From positions 1 to 64,000 of the forward strand of contig JBBRLJ010000012.1 in NCBI GenBank assembly GCA_038231435.1: a stretch of 64,000 nucleotides of DNA. Direction: 5' to 3'. The first letter of the stretch is position 1. Each line of letters begins with the position of its first letter. The DNA comes from Planctomycetota bacterium. GTDB lineage: Bacteria; Planctomycetota; UBA11346. The notes under the pieces are model-generated. The model made no database searches and was not told where the DNA came from. It saw nothing but the letters and a program-made list of their open reading frames with translations. The position numbers were made by a program, and so were the translations under genes. Shown here in pieces: positions 41,900 to 51,692 of the stretch.

Positions 41900-43660
41900 T
41901 CAGCGCACCGTTTCGCGGGCCACCGGCTCGGCGGGGCCGATGCTCGCGGAGTCGCTGGCGAAGAGGGCCCTGATCGCCTTACCCGGTTCGCCGGACCAGC
42001 GCAGCTGCTCCTCGGCCTTGTCGGGGGCTCCGGTGGCGAAGTCGAAGAAGGCGGCAAGCGCGTGGTCATCCTCTGAGCCACCGCGCGCGAGGGCTTCCGC
42101 CAAACCGCGGCGATCGTCCTTGGTGAGCGTCGCCCAGGGCAGCGTCAGGCGGGTGCCTTCCGATGACAGGGTCAGCGAGGCTCCGTCGGCATCCTCGAGG
42201 GTCGCGATGGCGTGCATGCTCGCGACCGCGAATTGCGGATGCTTCCTGGTCGTGGAGGCGCTGATCGCGCGCTGCTTGAGCAGGGCATCGCGTTCCGCGA
42301 GCGTCCGCGCATCGATCTGGGGGATCACGCGGAGCTCGGTCTGCGGCGCCTTCTGCGCCTGCGTCGTGGATGCGGAACCCTGCTGGGCGCGTTTCCGGTC
42401 CGCATCGGCCTTCGTTCTCGCAGCGATCGCGCCAGGCATGCGCCCGAGGGCGTCGAATGCGGGAGACCTGGCGCGTTGGCTGAACGAGACGTTCTCGCTG
42501 CGCGCTCCGGCAGGCACGCCGAATTCGGCGCGATTACCGTAGAATTCGCAGTTCGCGATCCGCACTGAAGTCTCGTGAGGAATGAACAGCGCCCCGGCCA
42601 TGATCGGCGCGCGGTTGTTGGCGAAGGTGCAGTCGGTGACGTGGAGATCGCAGTACTGGCTGTAGACGGCCCCGGCGAGGCCGAGGCCGTCGTCCTTGGG
42701 CTCGCCGACGCTGTTGCCCTCGAATATGCAGGCGTGGTAGATGCTGAGCGAGCCGAGTCCCGGACGGGTATACCCGAACACCGCGCCCGCGTGGTCGGCG
42801 GCGTGGTTATTGCGGAACAGGCAGCCGGCTATGTAGAGCTGCTTGGTGTCCGCCTGCAGATCGACGCCATCGACGTAGATGGCTCCGCCGATCCCGCCTT
42901 GGCCCTTCGGCCCTCGGTCGGCACCGCCGCCGGTGCCGAAGGCGACGTTGTCGGTGAAGCTGCAGTCGATGACCGTGAGTTGGCTGCCCAGGCTGCAGAT
43001 CGCCCCGCCGTTGGATCCAGCGCAATCGGTGAAGGTGCAACCGGAGACCTGGACATGGCGTTGGCCCGGCATGCGGAAGGCCCCGCCGCCGAGATCCGGC
43101 CCTGCGGCCGTGGTCTTGCAGTCCTCGAAGACGCAATCGATGGCGGTGAAGCGGCCGAACCACTTGTCGACGGCGATCGCCGCGCCCTCGTGCTCTGCGC
43201 GCGCGTGCGCGAAGCGCAGCCTCTGCACGGTCAGTTCGGTCTTCACGCCTTTGATCAGGATCGCCTGCTTGCCGCCGCCATCGAGGCTCACCAGGTTCAT
43301 GCCATCGAGGACCGTCGGCTTCGCTCCGGCGGGCAGCGTCATCTGCCTGGTCACGGTGATGGTCGCCGGCTTGCCGCCGGTGTTGAAGACGATGATGCCG
43401 CCATCGTCGAGCGCCTTTTGCAGAGCGTCCTGGGTTACGCTCGCGGGATCGCCGTTTCCGACCACGTGATCGGGATGGCTCGCGGTGTCGACCGGCTTCA
43501 GCGCCTCGATGACAACCGGCGGCATCGGCAGCGACGCAGCCGCGGACAAGGATGGATCCGCCGCGTGAGCGCACCCGCAAGCGATGCATGCCAGGATGAA
43601 CCCCGCCATGAAGCGGGCCGGTGCGGCCAAGGGGGACGATAGGGGTGAGCGGAGGCACAT
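41900..43660 (-). CDS. Secreted right-handed beta-helix (pectin lyase-like) protein with C-terminal helical domain
   Basis: Signal peptide, VGNG.PAS, repeated F..N....GGAI units. Confidence 0.8.
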   Translation of the reverse strand: MCLRSPLSSPLAAPARFMAGFILACIACGCAHAADPSLSAAASLPMPPVVIEALKPVDTASHPDHVVGNGDPASVTQDALQKALDDGGIIVFNTGGKPATITVTRQMTLPAGAKPTVLDGMNLVSLDGGGKQAILIKGVKTELTVQRLRFAHARAEHEGAAIAVDKWFGRFTAIDCVFEDCKTTAAGPDLGGGAFRMPGQRHVQVSGCTFTDCAGSNGGAICSLGSQLTVIDCSFTDNVAFGTGGGADRGPKGQGGIGGAIYVDGVDLQADTKQLYIAGCLFRNNHAADHAGAVFGYTRPGLGSLSIYHACIFEGNSVGEPKDDGLGLAGAVYSQYCDLHVTDCTFANNRAPIMAGALFIPHETSVRIANCEFYGNRAEFGVPAGARSENVSFSQRARSPAFDALGRMPGAIAARTKADADRKRAQQGSASTTQAQKAPQTELRVIPQIDARTLAERDALLKQRAISASTTRKHPQFAVASMHAIATLEDADGASLTLSSEGTRLTLPWATLTKDDRRGLAEALARGGSEDDHALAAFFDFATGAPDKAEEQLRWSGEPGKAIRALFASDSASIGPAEPVARETVR

Positions 43661-43743
43661 GGTGCTGTCGTTCGTGGTTGCGGATGGGTCGGTGGGGAAC
43701 TGACGGTATCCGTGCGCTCGACAGGATTGTTACAGCCGATGAG

Positions 43744-45162
43744 TCAGCGGATCTCGATCGGCGAGCTCAATAGCGCACGCATGCCGTTCTTGGATCCGAC
43801 CTTCACGTCCTTCCACGGCGCGTTGCCGAAGCTGCTCTCGTTCCACGCCGCCGCGCCGCAGGCGAGGCAGATGCGTTGCCAGATCACCGCTAGCGCCAAG
43901 CGGTCATCGACCGTGCCGGTCGATACCGCGAGCGCGGAGAGTTCACTCGCGAGCGGCGTGCGATCCGCCCCGACCGCCCCGACGGCGGCGTAGAGGGAGC
44001 GGTTGTACTGGTACGCATCCATGGACTTCTTCAACAGCAGGTCACGCCGGTTCTGGCCATCGGCGATGCGCATGAACCGCTCCGGCTGGAACAGCGCGTA
44101 GGACACCACCAGCGGATGTCCCCAGGCGTCGTTCCACTGCTTCTTCGGCGAACGGTCGCCGCGGTAGGCGAGTTCGCCGTCGCGGACTGGGAGGATCTCG
44201 GCCGCCTCGAGCAGATCGATGGTGGCGAGCGGCGACAGCCAGCCGAGATCGAAGGGCAGCGGACGGTTTGCGGCGGTGATGACCGAGGTGCCGTCCGAGC
44301 GCGTGCCGGTGACCGCTCCCGCCACCGCGCAGGTCTGGCTCGGGTCGGGGGTGGCGCAGCTCCACATCGGTCCGGAATCTGGGCCCATCGTCACCGCGCC
44401 GTTGAGGATCGGCACCAGCGTGCAGTTCTGGGGATTGTGCACGTCGCCCAGCTGCCAGGCCGAAAGGCCGGGGATGTTGTTCTGGTCGAATGGCACGGTC
44501 GGATCCTTGAATTCCGGCGTCTTGGCGATGACGGCCGTGGCCGGTTTGGCCGGATCGCAGACGTCGCCGTTCGCGGCGAGGCCGGGCTTGCCCCAGGGAA
44601 AGCGCAGGATGGGCGGCACGGTTCCCGGCGTCGCCGCAGACCAATCGGTCTGCGGCCAATGGCACGGCCAGGCGGCTGCGTAGTAGGTAGGCGCCACCGC
44701 TCCGGTAGCCGGCGGCAGGACGTCGAACACGTTCTTCCACATGTCGCGCTGCATGTGGTCTTCGTCCGAATCCGGCTGGTAGACCCCGGCCGTCACCGCC
44801 CAGGCCTGCCCGCTGCTGTCGGGCTTCACCAGCCACGGAGCTTGCGAGCGCGCCGGCCGCCCGGCGAGCACCGCGCTCCAGATGCCTTCGAGCGAGGCGA
44901 AGCGGCTGACGCCGCCGAGTCCAAGGCTGGCCTGCAGCCCGGCCGCAGCGCTGCCTTCCACCTGCGCGTAGCCCGCGAGCGCGGTGAGGATCGCCTGCAT
45001 GCGTTGGCCGGTATCGAGCGTGCGCGCCTTGAAGCGCAGCGAATTCGCGATCGAGATGGTCAGGCACGACAGCACGGTGATGATCGCGACCACCGCGAGG
45101 ATCTCGATCAACGTGAATGCCGCGCGCGTCCGCATCCTCTGCGTCGATGTCCAGGAGTTCAC
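43744..45162 (-). CDS. Large prepilin-type N-methylation protein (PilE/GspG-like)
   Basis: RAAFTLIEILAVVAII class III signal; DAWGHPL motif near the C-terminus; GTG start overlaps upstream TGA (alternative ATG 45135). Confidence 0.8.
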   Translation of the reverse strand: MNSWTSTQRMRTRAAFTLIEILAVVAIITVLSCLTISIANSLRFKARTLDTGQRMQAILTALAGYAQVEGSAAAGLQASLGLGGVSRFASLEGIWSAVLAGRPARSQAPWLVKPDSSGQAWAVTAGVYQPDSDEDHMQRDMWKNVFDVLPPATGAVAPTYYAAAWPCHWPQTDWSAATPGTVPPILRFPWGKPGLAANGDVCDPAKPATAVIAKTPEFKDPTVPFDQNNIPGLSAWQLGDVHNPQNCTLVPILNGAVTMGPDSGPMWSCATPDPSQTCAVAGAVTGTRSDGTSVITAANRPLPFDLGWLSPLATIDLLEAAEILPVRDGELAYRGDRSPKKQWNDAWGHPLVVSYALFQPERFMRIADGQNRRDLLLKKSMDAYQYNRSLYAAVGAVGADRTPLASELSALAVSTGTVDDRLALAVIWQRICLACGAAAWNESSFGNAPWKDVKVGSKNGMRALLSSPIEIR

Positions 45163-46724
45163 CACAGGATCGGATCCCGGTCCATGCGCTGCAGCCATGC
45201 GATGTTGCCGGCGTAGACCTTCGGCGACAGGCTGCGGGTGTCGCTCGACCCGAAAGTGGCCTGGGTGGTGGCATACTGCGCGGTGAACTCGTAGGGCGGG
45301 GGACCCGATGTCCACGCGTCCCAGATGCGCTCGTGGTCGTTGGCGCCGCCGAACCCCAGCACCCCCTGGTGCTCGAAAGCCGAGGTCGCTTGGCGCCAGA
45401 TCGGATCGTTGTAGATCGCGGCGGTGCGCCCGCCGGACTGCATGCCCGACCACTCGCAGCGGTACCAGATGATGCAGCTGTTGGCGTAGAGGTCGCGGAA
45501 TACGGATTCGCCGGTGAACAGTCCGGATTCCTGCGCGGTCACCGGCTCGAGCGCGCGGCCGGTGCCGGGCACCAGACCGTGAGCGGATTCCCAGCGCGAG
45601 ATCTCGGCGTCGTCCCAGAAGCGGTAGCCGCGCGTGCTGCCGGCGCCGCACGCGACGATGAAGACGCTCCAGTTGCGGATCTTCTGCGTTCCCGGATCCC
45701 TCGGCGCCGTGGCGTCGTACAGCCCGACGCGATCCCACCATTCGGTGCCCGGCTTGCCGACATTGTCGATGCAGTCATGGTCCTTCTGGGTTTCGCGGTA
45801 GACGCGGAACCACGACTGGTTCTCGGTGCCCGGGACGATGGCGAGCTGCTGGCTGCCGCCGCTCGGCCGCCCCGCTGCGTCGAAGGCCTCGTGCACCCAG
45901 TCTCCCGAGGTCGCGCCAGGAGCGACCGCGCCGTTGCGGAAGGCTGGCCAGGTCTCCGCCACCGGCTGTGGGTCGAGCATGCCCTTCGCTCCGCTCGCTC
46001 CGGCGGCACCGGGGCTCGTGTTGAAGATCGTATCGATCCAGCCATTGGGCCAGGTGACGGCATTGTCGTAGTTCGAATAGACCACCTGCATCGCCGACCA
46101 GATCGAGGTGATGCTGCGCGTCTCCCTGTCCCATGGCGTCGTCCAGGCGGAATCACCGTAGCGCACCGGCGGGTTCACCGGGTTGTAGGCCATGGTCAGC
46201 TGCGTCGCGTACGGCGGCGTCTGGCACATCGCCATCGGACAGCGCGTCGCGCTGCCCGGCACCGGCCAACCGCCGCGGCGCGACGAAACCGGCGGCAGGC
46301 TCGCGTCGTCGCCATCCCAGGCATAGGCGGGCCAACCACTGCGCCACCACGGCGGCGCGGGGATCGAGGCGCCGTCGGCCATGGCGCCAGCGGGCCGCGC
46401 TCCGCGCGGGCCCAGGCTGCCGTCGCGCACATCCGTCCAGCCGTAGGTTTCACCGCATGCGTCGCCCCAACCGATGCGCGAGCATTCCTGGATGTACATC
46501 AGTGACGCGTGCATCATCAACCGTGCCTGGCATTCCTCGAGCACGACGCGCACCTCCTGGCTGTCGGCGCGCATGCGCGCCATGAAGGCCACCGCCAACA
46601 CCAGCAGCACCGAGGCCAGGCCGATGACGATGACCAGCACCGCGCCACGGCGGTGGCGCGTGCCGGCCCGCGATGCGCCAGCGATCATCGGCATGCGGTC
46701 TTCATGTGGCGGCTCATGGCGCAT
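45159..46724 (-). CDS. PilX/GspK-like large pseudopilin
   Basis: RRGAVLVIVIGLASVLLVLAVAF, lacking Glu5 as is typical of PilX/GspK; start uncertain (46694-46748). Confidence 0.75.
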   Translation of the reverse strand: MRHEPPHEDRMPMIAGASRAGTRHRRGAVLVIVIGLASVLLVLAVAFMARMRADSQEVRVVLEECQARLMMHASLMYIQECSRIGWGDACGETYGWTDVRDGSLGPRGARPAGAMADGASIPAPPWWRSGWPAYAWDGDDASLPPVSSRRGGWPVPGSATRCPMAMCQTPPYATQLTMAYNPVNPPVRYGDSAWTTPWDRETRSITSIWSAMQVVYSNYDNAVTWPNGWIDTIFNTSPGAAGASGAKGMLDPQPVAETWPAFRNGAVAPGATSGDWVHEAFDAAGRPSGGSQQLAIVPGTENQSWFRVYRETQKDHDCIDNVGKPGTEWWDRVGLYDATAPRDPGTQKIRNWSVFIVACGAGSTRGYRFWDDAEISRWESAHGLVPGTGRALEPVTAQESGLFTGESVFRDLYANSCIIWYRCEWSGMQSGGRTAAIYNDPIWRQATSAFEHQGVLGFGGANDHERIWDAWTSGPPPYEFTAQYATTQATFGSSDTRSLSPKVYAGNIAWLQRMDRDPILW

Positions 46725-48486
46725 AGAATGGTCCCGCTGAGGTATCATAGAAATCCCCGATCGCGTTCGCGTCGCTGAAGGCGGGGCTGTAGAGGCGCCA
46801 GTGCTGGCGCGCGCCGCGGAACGAGCTCCCGTACGGAACGCACACCAGCTCCAGGCGCTTACCGGACAGGCGGTCCTCGACCACCGAGGTCGCCACGGTC
46901 AGGCCGCCGACGCCGCCGAAGCGCCGGTAGCGCAGGATGCTGGTCGACAGCACCGGATACGCGCTCGGTTTGTTATCGAGATCGAGAGGCGTCTCGGCGT
47001 AGTGCGGCACGTACACGGTGCGCGTGGAATCCACGGTCGCGCGCGCGGGAATGGTGCGGTCACCGTCGCTGATGTTGTACGGCAGCCGGTAGGTGCGAGA
47101 AGTCAGGCGCCGGTCGTTGCGCGCGACGTCGCCGGTGTCCTGCCCGCCTCCGGCCATCCATACCCTGGTGCTCCAGTTCATCGAGGTCTGGCCGCCGGCG
47201 ACGGTGCCGCCCATGATCATCTGCAGGTACACCGAGCTGCGATCGTAGCAGGCATCATTGCCGACGCGCTCCGCGAGCACCGGCAGCGTGACCAGGGCCC
47301 AGGTCCGCCCTTCGCGGAAATCGCAACCGAGGAATCCCGCGACATCGCGCGTGCCCCACGGATAGCTCCGGCCCCACAGGCCCGGCAGGCTGTCCTGGCC
47401 GGCGCCTGGCGCCTCCGGATAACCCTTCGGGGTGGTGAAGAAATTGTCCGGCAGCGCGGGTGGTAGTGCGTGCCAATGGTCGTTCGGGCCTTTCCCATCC
47501 TGGTCCTGGATGAACGGGCTGACCTCACCGGGCAGGTATTCGGCGAGGCCGTGCAGGCTCATGCGGCTGAAGGTCTGCCACGCGAGCAGCGGGATGGCCT
47601 GGTTGTAGACGGTGCGCACGGGGCAGACGAGCGGCGGCATGGCGGGATCCGAGGCGTCGATCTCGCCGCTGACGGTGTACGGCCCTGGCGCCAAGCCGGC
47701 GAGCTTGCCGTCCATATCGCGCGCGAAGGCTGGCACCGGCGTTCCCGCGGGCGCGTAGGGGAACAGGGGATCCACCAGCTGCGGCGTGCCCCACGGCGAG
47801 GCGACGCCACTCGCGACATGCGCGAAGCGCATGTCGGTGCAGGCGACCAGGCGGTAGTCGCCGATGGCGAAGCGAGGATTGAAATGCCGGTAGTAGAGAT
47901 CCCAGCTGCCGTTCGCGAGGAACGGCGTGGTGTTGCCCAGGATGTGGCTGCGGTCGATCGAGCGCGGATCGTGGGCGAGCATGACGTTGGGATTGGCGAC
48001 CATGGACCACGCCGTGGTGAACGCGGGCCTTGCGGCATCGACCGGCTCGTCGAACGGCTGTACGTCGGGATCGGTGCTGGGCGAGAACGGCAGCGGCTGG
48101 AAGTGGCGCCGCGCCCCGTAACCCGGCTGCATGGGCAGGTACGAGGGATCGCTGCGAAGTCGCGTGAAGCCCTTGTTGTAGGGCTGGCTGGCATCGGCCT
48201 CGGAATGGTAGAAGTCGACGTCCTCGAGCGATGCTTGGAAGCCGACGCGCAGCAGCGAGTTCTCGGTGCTCAGGGCGTTGGTGATGGAGATGGTGCGGCT
48301 CGCCAGGCGGAAGGCCGATACCGCGGTGAACACGATCACCATCGACAGCACCACCGAGATCATGATCTCGATCAGGGTGAACGCCGCGCGCGCTTCCGCC
48401 CGCGGAACGATGCGCGAGGGCGAGCGGGCGAGGCGCAGCAAGGTGGGCGCGACCGGCAGGCGTGATCGAAGTGCGGCGGGATCCAT
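46714..48486 (-). CDS. Large prepilin-type protein (PilW/GspJ-like position)
   Basis: RAAFTLIEIMISVVLSMVIV class III signal. Confidence 0.8.
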   Translation of the reverse strand: MDPAALRSRLPVAPTLLRLARSPSRIVPRAEARAAFTLIEIMISVVLSMVIVFTAVSAFRLASRTISITNALSTENSLLRVGFQASLEDVDFYHSEADASQPYNKGFTRLRSDPSYLPMQPGYGARRHFQPLPFSPSTDPDVQPFDEPVDAARPAFTTAWSMVANPNVMLAHDPRSIDRSHILGNTTPFLANGSWDLYYRHFNPRFAIGDYRLVACTDMRFAHVASGVASPWGTPQLVDPLFPYAPAGTPVPAFARDMDGKLAGLAPGPYTVSGEIDASDPAMPPLVCPVRTVYNQAIPLLAWQTFSRMSLHGLAEYLPGEVSPFIQDQDGKGPNDHWHALPPALPDNFFTTPKGYPEAPGAGQDSLPGLWGRSYPWGTRDVAGFLGCDFREGRTWALVTLPVLAERVGNDACYDRSSVYLQMIMGGTVAGGQTSMNWSTRVWMAGGGQDTGDVARNDRRLTSRTYRLPYNISDGDRTIPARATVDSTRTVYVPHYAETPLDLDNKPSAYPVLSTSILRYRRFGGVGGLTVATSVVEDRLSGKRLELVCVPYGSSFRGARQHWRLYSPAFSDANAIGDFYDTSAGPFYAP

Positions 48487-48489
48487 GGG

Positions 48490-51400
48490 TCAATCGCCGT
48501 TGTTCAGGCGCAGCACGGGATCGTAGACGTTGAAGCGTGCCACCGCCGCGGCGCGCAGGCGCGTGGTCTTTGGGATCGGGCCGATGTCCAGGACGCGGTT
48601 GTTGTTGCGATCGGCGCCCCAGTGGCCGAGCACGATGTCCTCGTTCTCGCGGGTGTATGCCCAGACCTGGGTCGCATCGAGGTTGGTCATGGTGTCGATG
48701 AAGCGCTGCTGGCGGGTCGCGTCGAGCCAGACCAAGGCGTTCTCGGGATTGCCGGCGAACTGGCTGTCGGCGCGGTCATAGGCGTCCTTCGAATCGCCTG
48801 GCTGCAGCATCGGCCAGAACGAATCCACGGTGACGCCATCGGGCTTGGTCCGGATCGAGCGCGCGTGCTTGGCGAGATCGAGCGGCGCGCTCGGCGCCGT
48901 CTCGGCGTCCTCGTATTGCTTCCAATCGACGGCCCAGAACGCCAGCTGGCGATCGCGGTGGAAGGCCTGGAACGGGCGGTTGAGCCAGTAGCGGTCGGCG
49001 TCACTCGACCAGTTCCAGGATCCTCCGGCGCTACCGGGGGGTGCGAGCTGGGGATTGTACATCACCGAGGTCCACGAGGTCTCGTTCCAACGCCCAGGTC
49101 CCAGGTGGCTGAGCGCGCATACCGGCGCGGCGGGCGAGGCTGGGACGGTACCCGTCCTGAAGCCGTCGCGGGTCGCGGGATTGGGCGGCATGATCCAGCG
49201 ATAGAAAGACTCACCCGATGACAAGAGCGTGCTGGTCGGCAGACCTTGAGGCACGCGCTGCGCGTGTCCGTCGGACGACGGTCCGCGCCCGGCATCCATG
49301 AACAGGTCCAGGAGCGCCAGCGGCTTGTCGACCATCACCTGATGGTTGGCCATGCGCGGCGCGCCCCAATCGTAGGGGTTCTCGCACCCGTACGCGGCCG
49401 CGAAGCGCATGCACGTCTCGTGGACGGTGCGCGCGAAGGCGCGGTCGTAATCGCTGCAGATGCGGATCAGCTGCTGGTTGTGGCCGACGGGATCGGCGAG
49501 GATGGGCGGGAAGGCGTTCGGATCGGCGCCGTGCGTGCCCATCATCTTGGTGTAGGTGCGCGCCAGCGGCGGCTGGATCTTGAGATTGCCGGTGGTCGCG
49601 CCGGGCACCGGGTTGCCGGCGATGTAGAGGTCGTCGGTGACGCGGTACTTCTGCACGCCCTCGCCCCGGTCCGGGTTTCGTTCGTTCCTGGCGAACCACT
49701 CGCGGTAGTCCTCCTCGAGGCATATCTCGTCGCCCTTGTAGAAGTGGATGGGCGCGGCGCTGTCGTTGGTGATGGTGATCGAGGTGGCGCCGGCCATGGC
49801 GTTCGCGGGGTCGTCGACCAGCAGCTTGGCGTCCTTGAGTCCGGTGATCGTGACGCCGGGGCGGAGCGGATCCGCGGCCTGGTACTGCCAGGTGAGCGAT
49901 TCCCAATCGAGCAGCGCGAGCACGTCCGGAGCGATGAACGGCGGATCCCAGCCGGTCATGAGCATGGCGGCGTGGGCGAGGTAGCTCAGCGCCAGCACCT
50001 GCGCCGGGTGCGGTGGCAGCCGGGATGACGCGTGCGGATCGATGAGCGGGAACGCCATCAGTTCGAGCGGCCCGTATTCGTACGAATCGCAGTCGATCTG
50101 GGTGTTGGTGACGTTCGGGCGTACGCCGGGCGGGAAGGCGCTGCTCTTGGTGACCGGAGGGATGTCGGGAAACACCGCGTACGCCAGATCGAGCGCCTTG
50201 TCGCGGTAGCTGGCGCGCATCTCGTAGGTGGGCAGCAAGGTGCTGTGAGGTGCGCCGGTGAATTTGCACAATTCGTTGCCGATCCACGGCGTGGGCGGGT
50301 AGTACGGATCCCAGCCATTCACCTTCACGCGCAGCGTCGAGGGCCGCGGTGGGAAAACCCCAGAGCCGACCTCGGTGTCTCTACCCACGGCGAGCGCGCC
50401 CTTCACCTGCTCTCCGAGGTACTTGGATTTGCGCGAGGGCGCTGGATCCGGCAGGATCTGGTACCAGTAGTTGTTGTAGGTGGCGCTGTCCTCGCTGGTC
50501 AGCAGCGCCATGACCGGCAGCCATCCGGCCTTCTCGTAATGGCTCGCCAGAGGCGCGGCGGCGTAGGCGTTCCAATCCGGAAGTGGCCGCAGGGTGTCGT
50601 TGAAGCCGGCAAGTCGCTGGAATGGCAGCCAACCGCGATCCCACAACGATCCGGGCGGGCAGGTGGCGGCGAAATACCTCCAGTCGCGGCCTTGATACCA
50701 GCCCGTGGATCCGGTGTTCCAGTCGCCGGCCGCGTCGGGCGCGACGTCGGCTGGGTCGATCGGCTTGCGCGTTTGGTCGCTCAGGGGGCTCCACGGCGTC
50801 GCGCGCAGCGGTCGGATCTGCCGCTCGTTCTGCGGCGCATCGGGGAAGGTCACTGGCGACCAGGCGAAGTGGCCACCGTCGCCCCACACGATGCCATCGC
50901 CGTAGCCGAGGCCCGGTGGCGGGCTGCCGCTCGGCGACGCGGGAAGTCCCAGCATGTTCTGCCCGCGGATCGGACCACCATACGTGCCGGTGGCGGGATC
51001 GAACATCTTGTGCACCGGCCCGCGGCGGATTTCGTGTCCGGAGGCCCGCAACGCCACCCATGCGGGCGGGAACGGGTAGATCTCGTACCACGGCCAACTC
51101 TCCACCGGATGGCTGGTGAGCGCATTCTGCTGCGCGTAGCCGGTGACCGCGAACACCAGCTTGTGCGCCTCCTGCGCCGGATTCAGGGTCAACGATTTGT
51201 CGCGCGCCGATGACACGGTCAGGCCGCGCACGTAGCCGGTATCCTGGTAGAGCAGGCAGCCGCCGGCGTCGAGCAGGCGCTGGATCTCGTCGTTGTCGCT
51301 ATCGATGCGGCGCGCGATCTCGAGCGGCACGGGATACACGCCGGTCATCCATCCGCATAGGTAGCGCTCGATGTCGTGCTGGTAGGGCGACGCGACCAGG

Positions 51401-51690
51401 TTGCAGTCGCGCAGGCGGTTCGCCCACCCGGGGATGGGCGGGCTACCCGCCGGAGCCAGGTTGGTGTTGAGATCAGGCGCGAGCGTGCCGTGGCCGTTGA
51501 AGCTGATCATCGGCGCGTGGAAATTCTCCATCAGCGTCAGCGCCGCTGAGCCCGCGTATAGTTGGTAGCGCGCGAGCTGCTGAGCCTTCAGGCCGATCGG
51601 CAGCAGCGCGATGGTGGTGAGCACCGCGATGCTCAGCACCAGCATCGAGATCACCACCTCGAAGAGCGTGAATGCCGAGCGCCCGCGCAC
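48490..51690 (-). CDS. Giant (~1066 aa) prepilin-type protein (PilV/GspI-like position)
   Basis: RGRSAFTLFEVVISMLVL...ALLPIGL; GTG 2 nt after the upstream stop. Confidence 0.8.
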   Translation of the reverse strand: MRGRSAFTLFEVVISMLVLSIAVLTTIALLPIGLKAQQLARYQLYAGSAALTLMENFHAPMISFNGHGTLAPDLNTNLAPAGSPPIPGWANRLRDCNLVASPYQHDIERYLCGWMTGVYPVPLEIARRIDSDNDEIQRLLDAGGCLLYQDTGYVRGLTVSSARDKSLTLNPAQEAHKLVFAVTGYAQQNALTSHPVESWPWYEIYPFPPAWVALRASGHEIRRGPVHKMFDPATGTYGGPIRGQNMLGLPASPSGSPPPGLGYGDGIVWGDGGHFAWSPVTFPDAPQNERQIRPLRATPWSPLSDQTRKPIDPADVAPDAAGDWNTGSTGWYQGRDWRYFAATCPPGSLWDRGWLPFQRLAGFNDTLRPLPDWNAYAAAPLASHYEKAGWLPVMALLTSEDSATYNNYWYQILPDPAPSRKSKYLGEQVKGALAVGRDTEVGSGVFPPRPSTLRVKVNGWDPYYPPTPWIGNELCKFTGAPHSTLLPTYEMRASYRDKALDLAYAVFPDIPPVTKSSAFPPGVRPNVTNTQIDCDSYEYGPLELMAFPLIDPHASSRLPPHPAQVLALSYLAHAAMLMTGWDPPFIAPDVLALLDWESLTWQYQAADPLRPGVTITGLKDAKLLVDDPANAMAGATSITITNDSAAPIHFYKGDEICLEEDYREWFARNERNPDRGEGVQKYRVTDDLYIAGNPVPGATTGNLKIQPPLARTYTKMMGTHGADPNAFPPILADPVGHNQQLIRICSDYDRAFARTVHETCMRFAAAYGCENPYDWGAPRMANHQVMVDKPLALLDLFMDAGRGPSSDGHAQRVPQGLPTSTLLSSGESFYRWIMPPNPATRDGFRTGTVPASPAAPVCALSHLGPGRWNETSWTSVMYNPQLAPPGSAGGSWNWSSDADRYWLNRPFQAFHRDRQLAFWAVDWKQYEDAETAPSAPLDLAKHARSIRTKPDGVTVDSFWPMLQPGDSKDAYDRADSQFAGNPENALVWLDATRQQRFIDTMTNLDATQVWAYTRENEDIVLGHWGADRNNNRVLDIGPIPKTTRLRAAAVARFNVYDPVLRLNNGD

Positions 51691-51692
51691 GC

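Noticed and set aside
45163..45741. N-terminal extension of the 665-aa ORF
   Set aside because: Overlaps the PilX-like gene; the class III signal starts near 45135-45162.
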